From the NCBI GenBank assembly GCA_004431415.1, contig QPMI01000241.1:62001-126000 (forward strand): a DNA stretch of 64,000 nucleotides. Reading direction: 5' to 3'. Shown piece by piece: positions 21,268 to 34,600 of this stretch. The notes under the pieces were generated by a model that was not told the DNA's origin, did not search any database, and was given only the letters and a program-made list of their open reading frames with translations. Each line of letters opens with the position of its first letter. Positions within the stretch are counted from its first letter, which is position 1. The stretch is from Cyanophora paradoxa CCMP329. Lineage: Eukaryota; Plantae; Glaucophyta. A program made the position numbers and the translations under genes.

Positions 21268-24200
21268 CTACGGGGCGGGGACTCGGAGGTAGGTCGTGAT
21301 CCAGGTGGCGAAGGGCTGGCGGCACTCGGGGCACTTGCGTGCATTTGCTTGAACTGGAAGCGACTCAACGCACTGCCTGCACCACGTGTGGCCGCAGTGG
21401 AGCGTGACGTTGACGGGCCTCTCCTGGCACACGGCGCACATCAGCGACTCGTGCACGGCTGCCCGGGCGCGCCGCTCCGCCTCCAGCTCCGCCGACGCCG
21501 CGTCCCGCTCCCGCTTGGCGGCCTGGACGCGCAGGTTCGCGGTGCGGCGCATGACGTCCGGCAGGCGGTCGCTGAGGTGGTCGAGCTGCTCCACGCTGAG
21601 GCCGTCGAGGTGCGCGTCGTCGAGCCGCAGCGCTGCCGCGAGCTGCCGCTGCACCGCCGCCAGCGCCGCCTCGAGATCGCCGGCGCGGCGCTCGGCGGTG
21701 GCGGCGCGGGCCTCGGCCTCGGCCCGGGCCTCCTCGGTGCGCTCCGCGCGGGCGCGCAGCTCGAGCACCTCCGCGTCGTCCTCGCTCGTCCCCGCCCCGC
21801 CCTCTCCGTCCCCCGGCGCCGCCGCCTGGGACCGCGGCTGTGGCTGCGGCTGCTGCGCCCCTCCGGACCCGGGGCGTCGTCTGCTTCGTCCCGCCGGCCT
21901 CGGCCTCCGAAGCCCGCTGGCCACGCAAGGCCTAGGAGGAGCTCTAGTGAGCGGGGAGGAACGGGGGGGGGGGGGGAGGAGGGGGTAGGGGGGAGGTGGG
22001 GGGTGGAGCGCAGGGGGAGGGCGCACCGCGAGGCGCGCGAGGAATGCCGGCGGAGGGCGCTGTAGAGGCAGCGGCCCCGTCGACCACACGATGGACGTCT
22101 TGTCCTCCGAGCAGGCCACAATACGGCTACTATCCTATCGCCCATCATGATCAGCGCCAGAACACGACATGGCTTAGGACTGGAAAGAGCGGATCGAGAC
22201 TTGCCTCGGAGAACGCGACGGCCCAAACGCGTCCGCTGTGCCCGTTGAGCTCGCGCACGTGCAGCCCGGATGGCTCGTACAGAATGACAGTCCCGTCATC
22301 CGTCGCGGCAGCGAGCAGTGTCCCGTCCTGCAAACACGAAGTCACTCGAGCGCGAGCGCCCGGAGGAGTGCCGGCAGAGATCTAGAGTCGAGCGGGGCGG
22401 GACCTTGGAGATGGCCAGGGCGTTGATTCCGGATCCATCCCGGAGATTCCCGCGGGGGAGTGTGCGCAGAAGCTCTCCGCTTGCCGCGGCCCAGACGTGG
22501 ATGGCCCCGTCGTCGCCAGCAGAGAGCAGGGTGCTTCCGGCCTGCCCAGGCATTCCTAGGTCAGAACGAAATGCATGCGCATATGGCAAGCTTAAGGACG
22601 CCGACAGGAACCTATGATCATGAGCCGAACTGGCACAAGTACGCACCCCGCCGCGGGTGACCTGATCCGGGCACCATACAAGACCCCGCACAGCGCCAGA
22701 GTGGCCAGTGAGGCAGAAAAGCTCTCGCCCGCTCGCGAGCCCGCTCTCGCGATCGATGCTCCACACCCGCACCGTCATGTCGTCCGACCCCGAGGCAGCC
22801 AGCTTTCCGTTCTGCAGGACAAAGGTGCTGCGATCAGCATCGATCTCTGCAAATACGGGCGCACACCGCACCCGCGAAATCGCCACGGCGTTGACGCGCG
22901 ACGAGTGGCCTCTCAGGACCTGGACGTGCTCTGACCGCTCGTCGAAGACCTCGGTCGCCACGGTGCTCCAGATCCAGCGGTCCAGCGAGCGCCAGACGAC
23001 CACGCTGCCGGTCTCGTCGCCAGCAACAACCGTCTCTCCGTCCTGCGCATGCCAAGGAAGGGAAATCGATCAGCAATTCCTCTCGAATCTCACGGAGCAC
23101 AATTTTTCAGGAGCGGACCTGCGACACGTCGACGGCCCAAACGACGCCGTCGCACTTCAGTGCAGCCAGCTGCTCCCGCGTCGTCAGGACGGTGTGCCAG
23201 ACGCGCACGTGCCGGTCGGAGCCGCCCGAAACGACCCTGTGTCCCTCGGGGAAGTATCGGACAGCGTTGACGGCGTCCCCGTCGTGGGCCCCGAGCAGGG
23301 GAAGGCTCTGCGTGTGGAACTCGGAGATCTTGCGGTGGTAGAGGGTCTCCGCGACGTCCTGGACGTTGATGGACCCCCCGCAGTCCTGCCCCTCGACGAG
23401 GAACTGCCCGTTCTGCGTGCACGCAAACACAATTCGAATCAAATCAAATTCGATGAAGCAAGGGAACACAATTAAAAAATTCGCAGTGTCGCACCGGCGA
23501 GATATCGATGCTCAAGATCGAGTGCGCCTCGTCGCGGTCAGCGCCCCTGCGCACCGCTGACGGGATCGAGCAGTGGTTGACGCGGCCCCTCGTCCAGCGC
23601 GCCACCGCCGGCACGGCGCGCCGCACGAAGGCGCCCTCGGCTCTCTCCTCGCAGTTCCAGATGAGGATCTGCCGCAAGCTCGAGACGGCAATGACGCGGC
23701 TCCCGTCCTGAGCACTCAAAAGGTCAGAAATCATTGCACGAGGTCCCGAATAAAGATAAATTTAAACCAGAAATCGCGATTTTGGCCGGAATAAAGCATT
23801 TGATCATTACACTCTTAGATTCATGCGCACCGCCGAGAAGCGAATTGAATGGTCGTTCGCGAACGCATGCTCCTTGTATCGAGAGGAGTAGATCTTCTTG
23901 CCGGATTGCGCGTCCCAGAGGCAGAGCTTGTTCTCGTTCCCGGTCGAGGCTATGAGGGTTGCGTCCTGCCACGTCGTTGTTGATCGCGACCGCCGAGGCC
24001 AGCTGCAGTGCTCGAGGCGAGCACAGATACGGGCGCGCACCGGAGAATGCGCAAGCGCGAAGACGGAAAGCGTGTGCGCTTCGATGACGCGCCGCTGAGC
24101 GCCAGTCGCCGCGTTCCACACTCGCACAGACGTGTCTCTCCCGCCCGAGAACAGGAGCGACCCGTCCTTCGACGCGACAGAATAAAGCAGCGAGAAATCA

Positions 24201-25377
24201 GGAATAGATAAGCAGATAAATGGGTATATATCGAAGCAAAGTGGCAGACCCGCGAGAACTCGAGGGCGTTGATGCTGTCGAAGTGGCCCTCGAGCTTGCA
24301 CAGCTCCGAGCCGGAGGGCGCGTCCCAGACTCGAATGTGGCAGAGCCGCCCCGAGACGGAAGCGACCCGAGTCCCATCCTGCCGGGAACGGTAAGGGGAT
24401 GCTCACAGCTTAAGGATCCGAAAACGATTCTAGATCTACGGCACCGGGGAGACTGCGAGCTGAACTACGGGCGGAGCACTGTCCTCGAGCTCGTTGCCAG
24501 CGAGTCGAGAAGGGAGCCCCATGCGGCGAGCAGCCACGGCCATCCGCTGGCCATGTTCTGGATTCTCGAGCTCGTCGTCCTGGATCGCAATCCGAGAAAG
24601 AGGTTCGCAAAGTGAGATTGCGATCACGATCATGTGTGGGTATGTGAGGGAGGTATAACGATCTAGAGGGCACGGGCGCACGGGCAGCCCGGCTGCAGAT
24701 CCGGGAACAGGATGGTGTGTGTTCGTGTCGATCACACGCACGGAGTGGCCCTCCCGCCACTTCCAGACCGTGACTTTCCCATCTTCGTCGCCAGTCACGA
24801 TCGTCCCGCCATCCTGCTCCGAGTTCCATGGTCAGGAACTCCATACGCATGGAGATCTAGAGCGCAAAGCAGAGAACTAGTTGCAGCTGGTCCTGAAAGC
24901 GCACCCCTGAGACGTTGAGGGCGCGCACGCTGCCGCCGCCCATGAATGCGACCTGCTGCTTTGTCTCCAGGTCCAGCACGAGGAGGTCGGTCTCGCCGCG
25001 GAAGCCGTGCGCGACCAGGGCGGCCCTCTTCCCGTCCTCGAACGCGCGGATCTTGCGCACGGTCTTGTAGGCGGGGAGGGGCAGCCGCTCGACGGTCGCC
25101 TTGTCGGCGACGGACCAGACCTCGACCGCAGCGCTAGCTGCAGCTTGAGCGTACGGACGTCGAAGGCCGTGGCCAGACACGATCAGACGTCCGTCCTGCG
25201 CTTGCAATTGCGTTAGCGCTTCAGGTGAACGCATTGGACGCGAACCTAACCGCGCGCGCGTCGCGCGCGCGCAGACCACACCTTCGAGATGTCTGCACAT
25301 GTAGCTGACGCGGAACCCGCCACAAAATCGACGGTCGGAGCGCCGCGCGACCAGCGATCGAGACTAGTGCCGGGCAT
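21268..25377 (-). CDS. WD40-repeat protein with a coiled coil and C-terminal C3HC4 RING finger (putative E3 ubiquitin ligase)
   Basis: Many WD40 repeats, e.g. LRGHSSRVNAVAIS|NGKLAASGSDDMTVRVWS, GAHDGDAVNAVRYFPEGHRVVSGGSDRHVRVWH and LNGHSGRVWAVAFSE|DSSRIVACSEDKTSIVWS. These run into the frame carrying CAVCQERPVNVTLHCGHTWCRQC...CPEC. The ATG at 25377 is preceded by an in-frame stop. Confidence 0.85.
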
Positions 25378-27764
25378 GACTCAGTGATCTTCGAGCTGAA
25401 AGCGGGCGAGCTGAAGAAGACGACGCTGCTGCTCTTGTCTGCAACGAGCGCTTCGCCCGACGCGCGCGCGCGCGGCTGCAGCTGGCTGGCGAATCACTCA
25501 ATGGAAAGCTGCAGGCAATTGCAAATGGACCGGACTGCGCCACGGCCTAGCCGAGCGCAAGCGACGGCGGCTGACTGGTCGGCAAAGTTGCGGATGTAAG
25601 TGCTAGCTGTGCCGCGGTCCCTTGCCGGCCCTGGGCTTTTCGGGTGAAGTCGGGCGAGTGCTTCCAGCTGCAGGTGGACGTGACTGTACCCGGGGTCAGC
25701 TCCAGCCGCATGTCGATCGTCCAGGGCAGGCGCACACGTAACTGCTTATATTGGCGCATCGATATCGCTAGCGCATGCATCAGCCCGCTGCGGGCTGCGC
25801 CGTCGATGGCCGGACTCGAGCTCGCACGCGCAATAGCGCGCGCGCGCGCTGGCGAATGTAGCGAGACATCGATATGAATTCCTGTGCTCTCGCTATCGCG
25901 ACCGCGATCGGCGCCGGACGCGGGTACGCATGGCGCTGGAAGCGGCCGCCGAGCGCGCGCGAAGGCCCGGGGCGCGCGCGCGCGCGTGCACGTGCCGGCC
26001 TCGACGTGCTCCGCGCCGGCGCACCGCGCGCCCCAGTCTCCTGACTCGAGCTCTAGGCCTCGAGCTGAACAGCGGACTCCGCGCGCGCGCCGGCGCGCGC
26101 GCGGTGCGCATGCGCCGCTAGCGCTAGCGCTTGGCTCCGCGCGCTCCCAGCCATCGCCCCCGGCCCAGCGCCCGCCCCGCTCCGCTCGCTCCGCCGCTGG
26201 CTGCTGCGCCGCCCCCGCCTCGCCGCCCTCGCCGCCTGGCGCTACGCCCCCGCCCGCCCCTGACCCGTCCCCGCCCGCCCCGCGGCCGCCCGCCCCGCCC
26301 GCAGCCCGCCCTTGCGCTCTTGTAGGCATTCTCCGCCCGGCGCCCTCACCTCCCTCCGCTGTGCGCCCTACCCCCCCCCCGCCCCCCCCCCCCCCCCCCC
26401 CCCCCGCGCCCTCGTTCCCCGCCCGTCTGAAGCGCCCTGCAGCGCCACACTTCAACCCAGCCGTCGGGTCCCTCGAGCTCGTTCATCGTACCCCGGCCCT
26501 CACCCGCCTGGAGCATCTGCGGGTACCCCTCTCCGCCTCCACCGACGCTTCCCCCCCCTCCTCCTGGGCCCCACCTCCGTTCCCTCTCCTCACGCTATCC
26601 CGCTAGGCGCTCCCCCCCCCCCCCCCCCCCCCCCCCGGTTCGCCGATCTAGCCGGCGCCCGGGTACAGCGGGGGCGGGGGAAGGCGGGTTGGCGGCGCAG
26701 TGGCGGCTCGAGGAGGTCCTCGCCGCGGCCGGCCGCCCCGGGCCCACCCTCGAAGTCCGGGGGGGTACGCACCAGTGCCAAGGGGCCGGGCGGGGCGCCA
26801 GGCGCTGGAGCTCGAGGCCGCGCCGGGCTGCATCGAGGAGGTCGCCGCCCTCCGCACCGCCCGCCTCCAGGTTCGGCTCCCCGCGGGGCCCCTCTAAGCC
26901 CGCCTCACGCGAGCGACCCCCAGCGCCCTAGGCCTTGAATGTCGCCCCCCCCCCCCCCCCCCCCCCCCCAACGCGGAGGCCGTCCCCCTCTAGCCCCCCC
27001 CCCCCCCGAGCCCCCGGGGCAGCGGCTGCTGTAGGAGGCGCCGGCGCTGCGCATGCGGGATCTGGAACTGACGTCCTTCTCCCCCAGCCCTCCGCCCCGC
27101 CGCGGCTTAAGCTTCTCCGCGCCTTCAACTTTGACTCAGCGAAAGCTGTTACGTCCACTACAAGGGGAATCCAATCACGACAGGATATCGATCTTGAATC
27201 CTGCGAAAAAGAGCTAGAGTACACATTGACTTGCATTCTGGATCTTAGAAAAAAAGCTAGATACACACATATGCACAAGCTTAAGCTTGCTTTCTGCAGT
27301 TGCTGTAATCTGAATTTTGAGCCTGTAAAGCTTGGTATAGTAGACGAAATTCTTAGCGGCGGAATTCTAAGCGGTTGCCGATCATGGCTCAAATAGGTGG
27401 GAAATACTAGTACTGGTAATAAACTCCGGTCCTACGGACGGTTAAATAAGCAAACACGGAACTTTCGGAAGATCTCTAGAAATTAAAGCGAAGATCGCCG
27501 TACGCTGCAGCACTAGGGAGATCGATTGAACGACGAAGGTTTACTAAGTTATCTACGAAAGATATCTATATAGCTAGAGCGTGAAGAACGTTCAGCGATG
27601 GCGGGAGCGATTCTGAACGAAGCGATTGAAGCGAACTCGTGCCTAAAACTAGCTACGGGCTGGTCGTGATAATGAGGCGAGCTGAACTGAACGATGGAGA
27701 GCGGCAACAGGCCCTGAGGGCTGGCATCACAGCGGCCTCCGGGCTGACAGTAAGCAGAGACGGA

Positions 27765-28581
27765 TCACAGCTGGATCTGCAGAGGCGACCCGGAGGCGAT
27801 GATGCTCGGGACGGGGCGGGGCGGGGCGATGGGGAGGACGGCGGGCCCCGGGACGGAGGGGCGGCGGAGGCCCGGGGCGGCCTGGGGCCGGCGGGGCGCG
27901 GCGGGGCCGGCCCCCGCGCCGTACACGTCGTCCCCGTCCAGCGCCACGTCGACCTGCGCGACACCCAGGCCCGCGGCGTGGCCGGCGGCCTCGCCCGCCC
28001 CGCCGCCCTCCCGCAAGCCCGGCCCCGCGCTGCGGCGGCGGCGGAGGACGACGGCGGCGATGGCGGCGGCGGCGGCGAGGGCCGCGACGGCGCCGACGAC
28101 GGCCCCGGCGACGGCGCCGGCGGAGACGCCCGACGAGGAGCCGGCGCCGCCCGAGGCGGGCGTGGCCGCGGGGCGGCGGCGGCGTCGCCGGAGGGCGCCT
28201 GCGGGGCCGCCTGCACCGGCGCGGCGGGGCCGCGGCGGACGTCCCGACGGTCGCGGCGGGCAGGCCTGCGCGCGCGAGCCGCCGCCCGGCGTCAGCGCTA
28301 GCAGGGCGACCCGCTTCGAGTTCGCTGCCCTCGGGGCGGGGCGGGGCGGGGCGGGGCCCGGGCGGACCGGCGACAACTGCGCGGGAGACTTGGAAGCGGA
28401 GGACGGCGAAGGCGGGCCCGAGGGGAGGCCGCCCCGGCCGCCTCCAGCCGCGCGAGCGCCGCGAAGACCTCCTCCAGCGACTTCTCCCCACCTGCGCCCC
28501 CGGCCCGCCCGCCTCGGCCCGCGCCCCCGCTGAGCCCGCGGCGGGGGCGAGGCGGCGCGCACCGGCCAGGAGGGCGCGCCC

Positions 28582-28616
<35 letters not shown>

Positions 28617-31600
28617 ACGGGCGCTCGCGGATGGCGAGCTCGACCTCGACGGCGCCTGCGCGCGCGTGAGCGGCGGCCCGACTCGGCGCGGCAGGGCGGC
28701 GGGGCGGCGGGGACGGCACCGGACTCGGCGGCGGGGCGGCGTTGCGGACGACGATGCGCGCGGGGGAGATCTGCGGCCGCCCTCAGCGGCGCGGGGCGCG
28801 GGGCGGGGCGGGGCGGGCTGCGGGGCGGGCCTCGAGGAGGTCGGCGAGGGCGCGGGCGAGGGCGGCGGCGGCGGCGTCGCCCCACGCGCCGCCGCTCGGG
28901 CGGACGGTCAGCTTCAGCAGCACCACCGCCTCCGGCGCCGCCGTCGGCTGCGGCCGCACCGGCAGCGCCTCCCCGCCGCCGGCGCCGCGGCCGCCTCGCC
29001 CGCCGGCGGCGTCGCCTCGGGCGCAGGCGCAGGCGGCAGTGCTGTCGGCTGAGCAGGCGCCTCCGCCTCGTCGGATGGTGCAGGCGCCACCGGCGGCGCT
29101 GTCGGCTGCGGGGTCTCCTCTTCCTTAGCCTCCTCCTCCGCTGTTTCCTCGACAGTCGGCGGCGCTGTCGGGGCCGGGGCCTCCTCGGTGGGGGACCCGG
29201 CGGGGGCCGGGGTCGGGGCCGGGGCGTCGGCCACGGGGGTCACGATGCGCGCGCCCCGTGCCAGGCTCTCGTCCACGTCGCGCAGCTCCACGCCGCCCCT
29301 GCGCAAAGCGCGCGCGGCCGGCTCAGCGGCTCGGCCGGCGGCAGCGGAGGGCGGGGCGGCGGCGGGGCGGGGCGGGGCGCACCGCAGGCGCCGCTGGCGT
29401 CGGCGATGGTGAGCGTGAACTCGCCGGCGTCCTCCCGCGAGAAGCCTGCCGCCCCGGCCCGTCGGCGCCCGGCCCCCGCGGCCGCGCCCTCGCCCGGGGG
29501 CGGGGCCGCACCCTCGACGAGGATCTGGTAGGGGACGTTGGCCGCGAACTCGCCCTGGAAGCTCGCCCCGCGCCGCCCGCCCCCGCACCCGCTGTCTGCT
29601 CCCGCGCGCCCCGCCTGAGCGGAGCCGGCGGCGCGGGGCGCGGCGGCCTGGGAAGGCGCGCACGGTCGAAGCGGTACGTTGTGAGGTCGCAGCCGGCGAC
29701 GACGCCGACGAGCGCGTCGAAGGCCGGCGGCGCGGCGCAGAGGCTGACGATCAGCTTCCGCGCCGTCGGCGCCGTCAGCGTGTAGGCCGCCCCCGAGAAG
29801 CCCGGGAAGAAGCGCGAGGGAGACGCCGCCGTCGTCCCGTTCACCGCCGCGTCCTTGCACGGCGAGAGGACGGGCAGGTCGGCGCAGAGGCCGCTCTGCA
29901 GCGCCGCGAACGGGTCCGCCGCCGCCGAGACGGGCAGCCCGCCCGCCGCCTTCGCGCTGAAGACCGACGACGCGACGGCGCCGCCGGCGGCGCCCGAGCC
30001 CTTGCCCGAGCCCGACTCGGCTGCGACGGCCGTCGGGCGAGGAGGCGGCGGGGGAAGCGGGCGGGCGGCGCACCGGCGGTGATGGACGCCAAGCGGTCTG
30101 CCCCCAGGGTGGAGGCGGTCGCCGTCACCGGGCAGGAGCCGTCCGAGTACGTCACCTGCCGCCCGCGAATGCTCGGGAATCCGACGCGCGCGCGCGCGCT
30201 CGCAGAAGCGGGGCACCGTGAGGGCGAAGCTGCCGGCGCGGGTCCAGTAGCCCTCCACGGCGATGGTGTACTCGACGCCGGCGGAGAGCGAGACCGACGC
30301 GATCGTCGACGACAGCGTCGCCCCCGCGATCGCGCACCCGTCGTCTGCGCGCGCGCGCCGTCCGTCGGCGGCCGGCGCGCGTCGGCGGAGCGCTCGACGC
30401 GCCCCCGCACCGTTCATGGCGAGGACGTCACTGGTGGAGGCGGCGCCGACCGGGCACGAGCGCGACACGGAGATGTAGGAGTCGTACGTCGTGCTCGCGT
30501 TGCACGTCGAGATCCGGTACATCGCTGCGCCGGCGCGGCTCACGACACCGCAAACGCTGCGGGCGCGAGCGCGGGGGCGCGGGGGCGGGCGCACCCGTCG
30601 TCGGAGGCACGAAGGAGAAGAAGCGCTCGCCGCTGGGCTGGAGGCTCGGGAAGAGGTCCGGGGCGCCGACCGTCGATCCCGTCACCGTCCGGCACATCTC
30701 GACGCGCGTCGGGTTGCACGGCGAGGCTGTCGCGCGCCGGCGCCGCATGCGTCAGCTGCAAACCAAAGCAAAGGGTGCGGGGGTCTGCGCACGAGGCGGG
30801 GTGGGCGAGGGCGTCGGGGAGGGGGACGCCGACGGGCTCGGGGTGGGCGTGGCCGACGGGCTCGCCGACGGCGTGGGCGTCGCCACGGCCGGCGGCGGCG
30901 TCGGCTGGGCCACGGGCGTGGGCCGGGGCGAGGCGCTGGGGCTGGGGCTCGGCGTCGGGGCGGCGAGGCAGACGGGGTCCGTGACCCGCAGCGCGTAGGT
31001 GCCGGTGCGCGAGCTGTAGCCGCTCACGACGACCGTGTACTCGGTGTTCGCGGCGGCCGGGAACTGCAGCCTGGAGCGGATCGAGCCGCTGCATCCGTCG
31101 TCGTCCCTGTAAAGCACCGGCAGCGCCGTGTTGGATAGGGGGCACCCGGCGAAGACCTGCACGGGCTCGGCACGGCGGGCTGGAGCGGCGACGGCGGGCG
31201 CGCGGGGCGCACGTAGAGGTAAGTGTCGTAGGAGTCGCCGACGGTCGGGTCTCCGCAGAGGTCGAGCGTCACCGTCCTGCGGGGACGGGCGTGGGCGCGC
31301 CGCTCGGCGGCTGCGGAGCGATGGCGGCCACACGGCGCGGCGCGGCGCGCGGGCGCACCGGTCGGAGGGGACGGAGAGCTTGTAGAAGACCTGCCCGCTC
31401 GTAAAGCTGGTCACGCTGGTCGGCAGCAGCACCGGCGCGCCGACGTTGGAGCCGTGCACGACCGGCCCGCACGGCTGCAGCCGCGTCGCCCCCGCCGCGT
31501 CGCACGCGGCGCCCGGCGGCGGAGTCGCCCCTGGCGCTGCGCGGAAGCCGATCAGGCGCGAGGGGGCTCGGGCCGGCGGGAGGCATGGGGGCGTGGAGGG

Positions 31601-34600
31601 GCCGCACTCGGGGTGGCCACGCCGGCGCAGAGGAGCGGGTCGTTGATCGAGAGGCGGAAGTTGCCGGCCGACCCCGAGTAGCCTGCGGGAATCCGTCACG
31701 CTAGCTGGTGCCGGCATATGCATGAGCCGAGCGGCACGCACCCTCGACGGCGATCACATAGGACTCGCCGGCCTGAGCGCGGGGCCAGTCAGCACTGCTG
31801 CCGCTCCCGTTGGCACATACGCGTGCACGTGGCACCTGGGCGTTGAGCGTGACGGTAGATGCACGAGTGTTCGAGCACGAGAAGTCGTCGTCGTTCCGGA
31901 TTATAGCAGGCGGGTTCGAGCCGCCCGCAACGACGGGGCAGGGTTCGCGCTGGAACACCGCGATAACCGTGTCTGGCCGCAAAAGCGGATCAGTTCGGAT
32001 GCGCGGGTTTGGAGCGCAGGGCGGGGCGCACCGAAGTCGGCGCCGCCGACGCCGCAGGTGGTGAAGGCGACGGTGCGGGTGGTGGGGGCCGTGTAGACGT
32101 AGAGCGCCTCTCCGCTCGGGAACCACGTGAAGAGGTTGGGGGCCCCCACGTTGGAGCCCGCCACCGACGGCGACGCGCACGTCGGCGCGAAGACCGGCAG
32201 TGCGCCGCACCCGACCGGCGGCGTCGGGCTCGGAGACGGGCTGGGCGATGGGCTCGGGCTCGGCGACGGGCTCGGGCTCGGCGACGGGCTCGGGCTGGGC
32301 GACGGGCTCGGGCTGGGCGACGGGCTCGGGCTGGGCGACGGGCTCGGGCTGGGCGAGGGGCTGGGCGACGGGCTCGGGCTGGGCGACGGGCTGGGCGACG
32401 GGCTCGGGCTGGGCGACGGGCTGGGCGACGGGCTCGGGCTGGGCGACGGGCTCGGGCTGGGCGACGGGCTCGGGCTGGGCGACGGCTGGGCGACGGGCTC
32501 GGGCTGGGCGACGGGCTGGGCGACGGGCTCGGGCTGGGCGACGGGCTGGGCGACGGGCTCGGGCTGGGCGACGGGCTCGGGCTGGGCGACGGGCTCGGGC
32601 TCGGCGACGGGCTCGGGCTGGGCGACGGGCTCGGGCTGGGCGAGGGGCTCGGGCTGGGCGAGGGGCTCGGGCTGGGCGACGGGCTGGGCGACGGGCTCGG
32701 GCTGGGCGTGCGACTAGGCGACGGGCTCGGGCTCGGGCTAGGAGTGCGACTTGGCGACGGGCTCGGGCTCGGGCTAGGCGTGCGACTAGGCGACGGACTC
32801 GGGCTGGGCGACGGGCTCGGGCTGGGCGACGGGCTCGGGCTGGGCGTGCGACTAGGCGACGGGCTCGGGCTCGGGCTAGGCGTGCGACTAGGCGACGGGC
32901 TCGGGCTAGGCGACGGGCTGGGCGTTGGCCGTGCAGCTGCAGGGCGCGTAAGAATGCCGGCCGGCGGGGCGGGGTAATGCTTGGGAGGGCAGTGTCGCAC
33001 TCAGCACGCAGACCGCGTCGGTGACTTCCATCGCAAAGCTGCCCGAGGCCCGGTTGTAGCCTGCGCGAAAACCAGTCACATCGACGCCTGCGCTTCTCTG
33101 CAGCAGCCGCGGGACGGCGGCGCACCCTCCACGGCGAGGAAGTAGTCGGTGTTGCCCTCAGCTGTGAACGTGAGGCGCGAGGCGCGCCCGCCACAGCCGT
33201 CGTCGTCGAACGCAACGCGCGACGCCGGCGGCAGCGTCCCATCGATCGGGCACCCCGCAAAGACGTGGATGTAGCTCTGCGCGCGAAGGGCGATCAGAAT
33301 CTACGATCAGCTCTGCTCCGGCGAGATTGATAATAGCACGGACGTCGTAGGTCGTGAGCTGCGGGAGCGGGGCGTCAGGGTGCGCGCGGAAGCGGGGGAA
33401 GAGTGAGGGGCACCGAGGAGCAGAGGGAGATGGTGACGGCGCGGCTGGTGGGGACCGAGAAGCGGTACCACGCCTCGCCGCTCGCGTACGCGTAGTCCGC
33501 CTGCACGCGCGACAACGAGTTCGACGTCGGTATACGTAGAGACGTACGGGGTTAGGGATGGAGGGGGCCTATGGCGCCACCACACCTGGAGCAAATCGGG
33601 TAGGCCGGCGGTGGAGCCGCTGACGACGCCGCTGCAGGGGACGACGCGGGGGAAGGCCGCGCACGAGGGCGACCCGGCGCAGGCGTGCTCGGTCACCGTC
33701 ATGCCGAACAGGCCGCTGGCGCTGCCGACGCCCTCGACGACGATGAAGTAGGTCTGGCCGGCGACGACGCTCGCCTGGAAGCGCGGGGAGACGGTCTCGT
33801 AGATGAAGCCCGCGCCGCAGCCGTTGTTGTCCGACGCGACGAGGGTGCCGCCCTGCAGGGGGCAGCCGGCGTAGAGGTACGCGACCGAGTCGAAGTTCGT
33901 GTCGGGAGAGCAGAGGCTGACGGTCACCGTCCCCGTGTGCGCCGGCACGAACCGGTAGTACGCCTCGCCCGAGGGCTGGCTCGCCAGCAGGCTCGGCGTC
34001 GACGCGTTCGTCGAGCCGAGGCGCGCCCCGGTCGGGCACGACGGGATGACGGGCGCCGCGGCGCAGGCCGCCGGCACCGCCACCGGTGTGGGGGACGGCG
34101 TCGGGCTGGGCGTCGGCGACGGGGACGACAGCGTCTGCGACGGGGACGGGCTCGGCGACGGGGACGGGCTCGGCGACGGGGACGGGCTCGGCGACGGGCT
34201 GGGGCTCGGCGTCGCGGCGGGCGGCAGGCCTGCGGCGTCGGTCTTAGACGCGGCGGGCGGGCGCGGTGCAGCCGCGGCCCTGGCCACGGGCCCCAACCGC
34301 ACGCACGGCAGACGTCGTCCTTGACGGTGAGCGAGAAGTTCCCGACCTGGTCGTTGTAGCCTGCGCGACGCGCCGGTGCCGGTGTCGGACTAGAGCTGTA
34401 GGGCAGAGCAAGGATCTAGGAGTGGCGGGCGGCGGGCCGGGGGCGCACCGGTGACGAGGAGGAAGTATGTCACGCCGCCTTGCAGCTCGTACGTGAGCTG
34501 GCTGTGCCAGCCGTTCATGAAAGGGCATGAAGCCAGGCCCATGTCGTCTGCGGCGGACACAGAACCGGCGTTCAGAGCCCGCGCCGCGCTCGGCGGGGAG

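Noticed and set aside
26400-26930. Leu/Ala-rich fragments (RLEEVLAAAG..., ALELEAAPGCIEEVAALR...) resembling the tail of an F-box-type gene
   Set aside because: There is no start, recognisable domain or convincing exon chain among the poly-C tracts; it may be a relic but I cannot support a call.
31701-33260. Long ORFs with (AQPEPV)n, (GDGLGL)n, (WATGSG)n or (RRPARA)n repeats
   Set aside because: These are alternative-frame and antisense readings of the (Ser-Pro)n minisatellite in the subtilisin gene.
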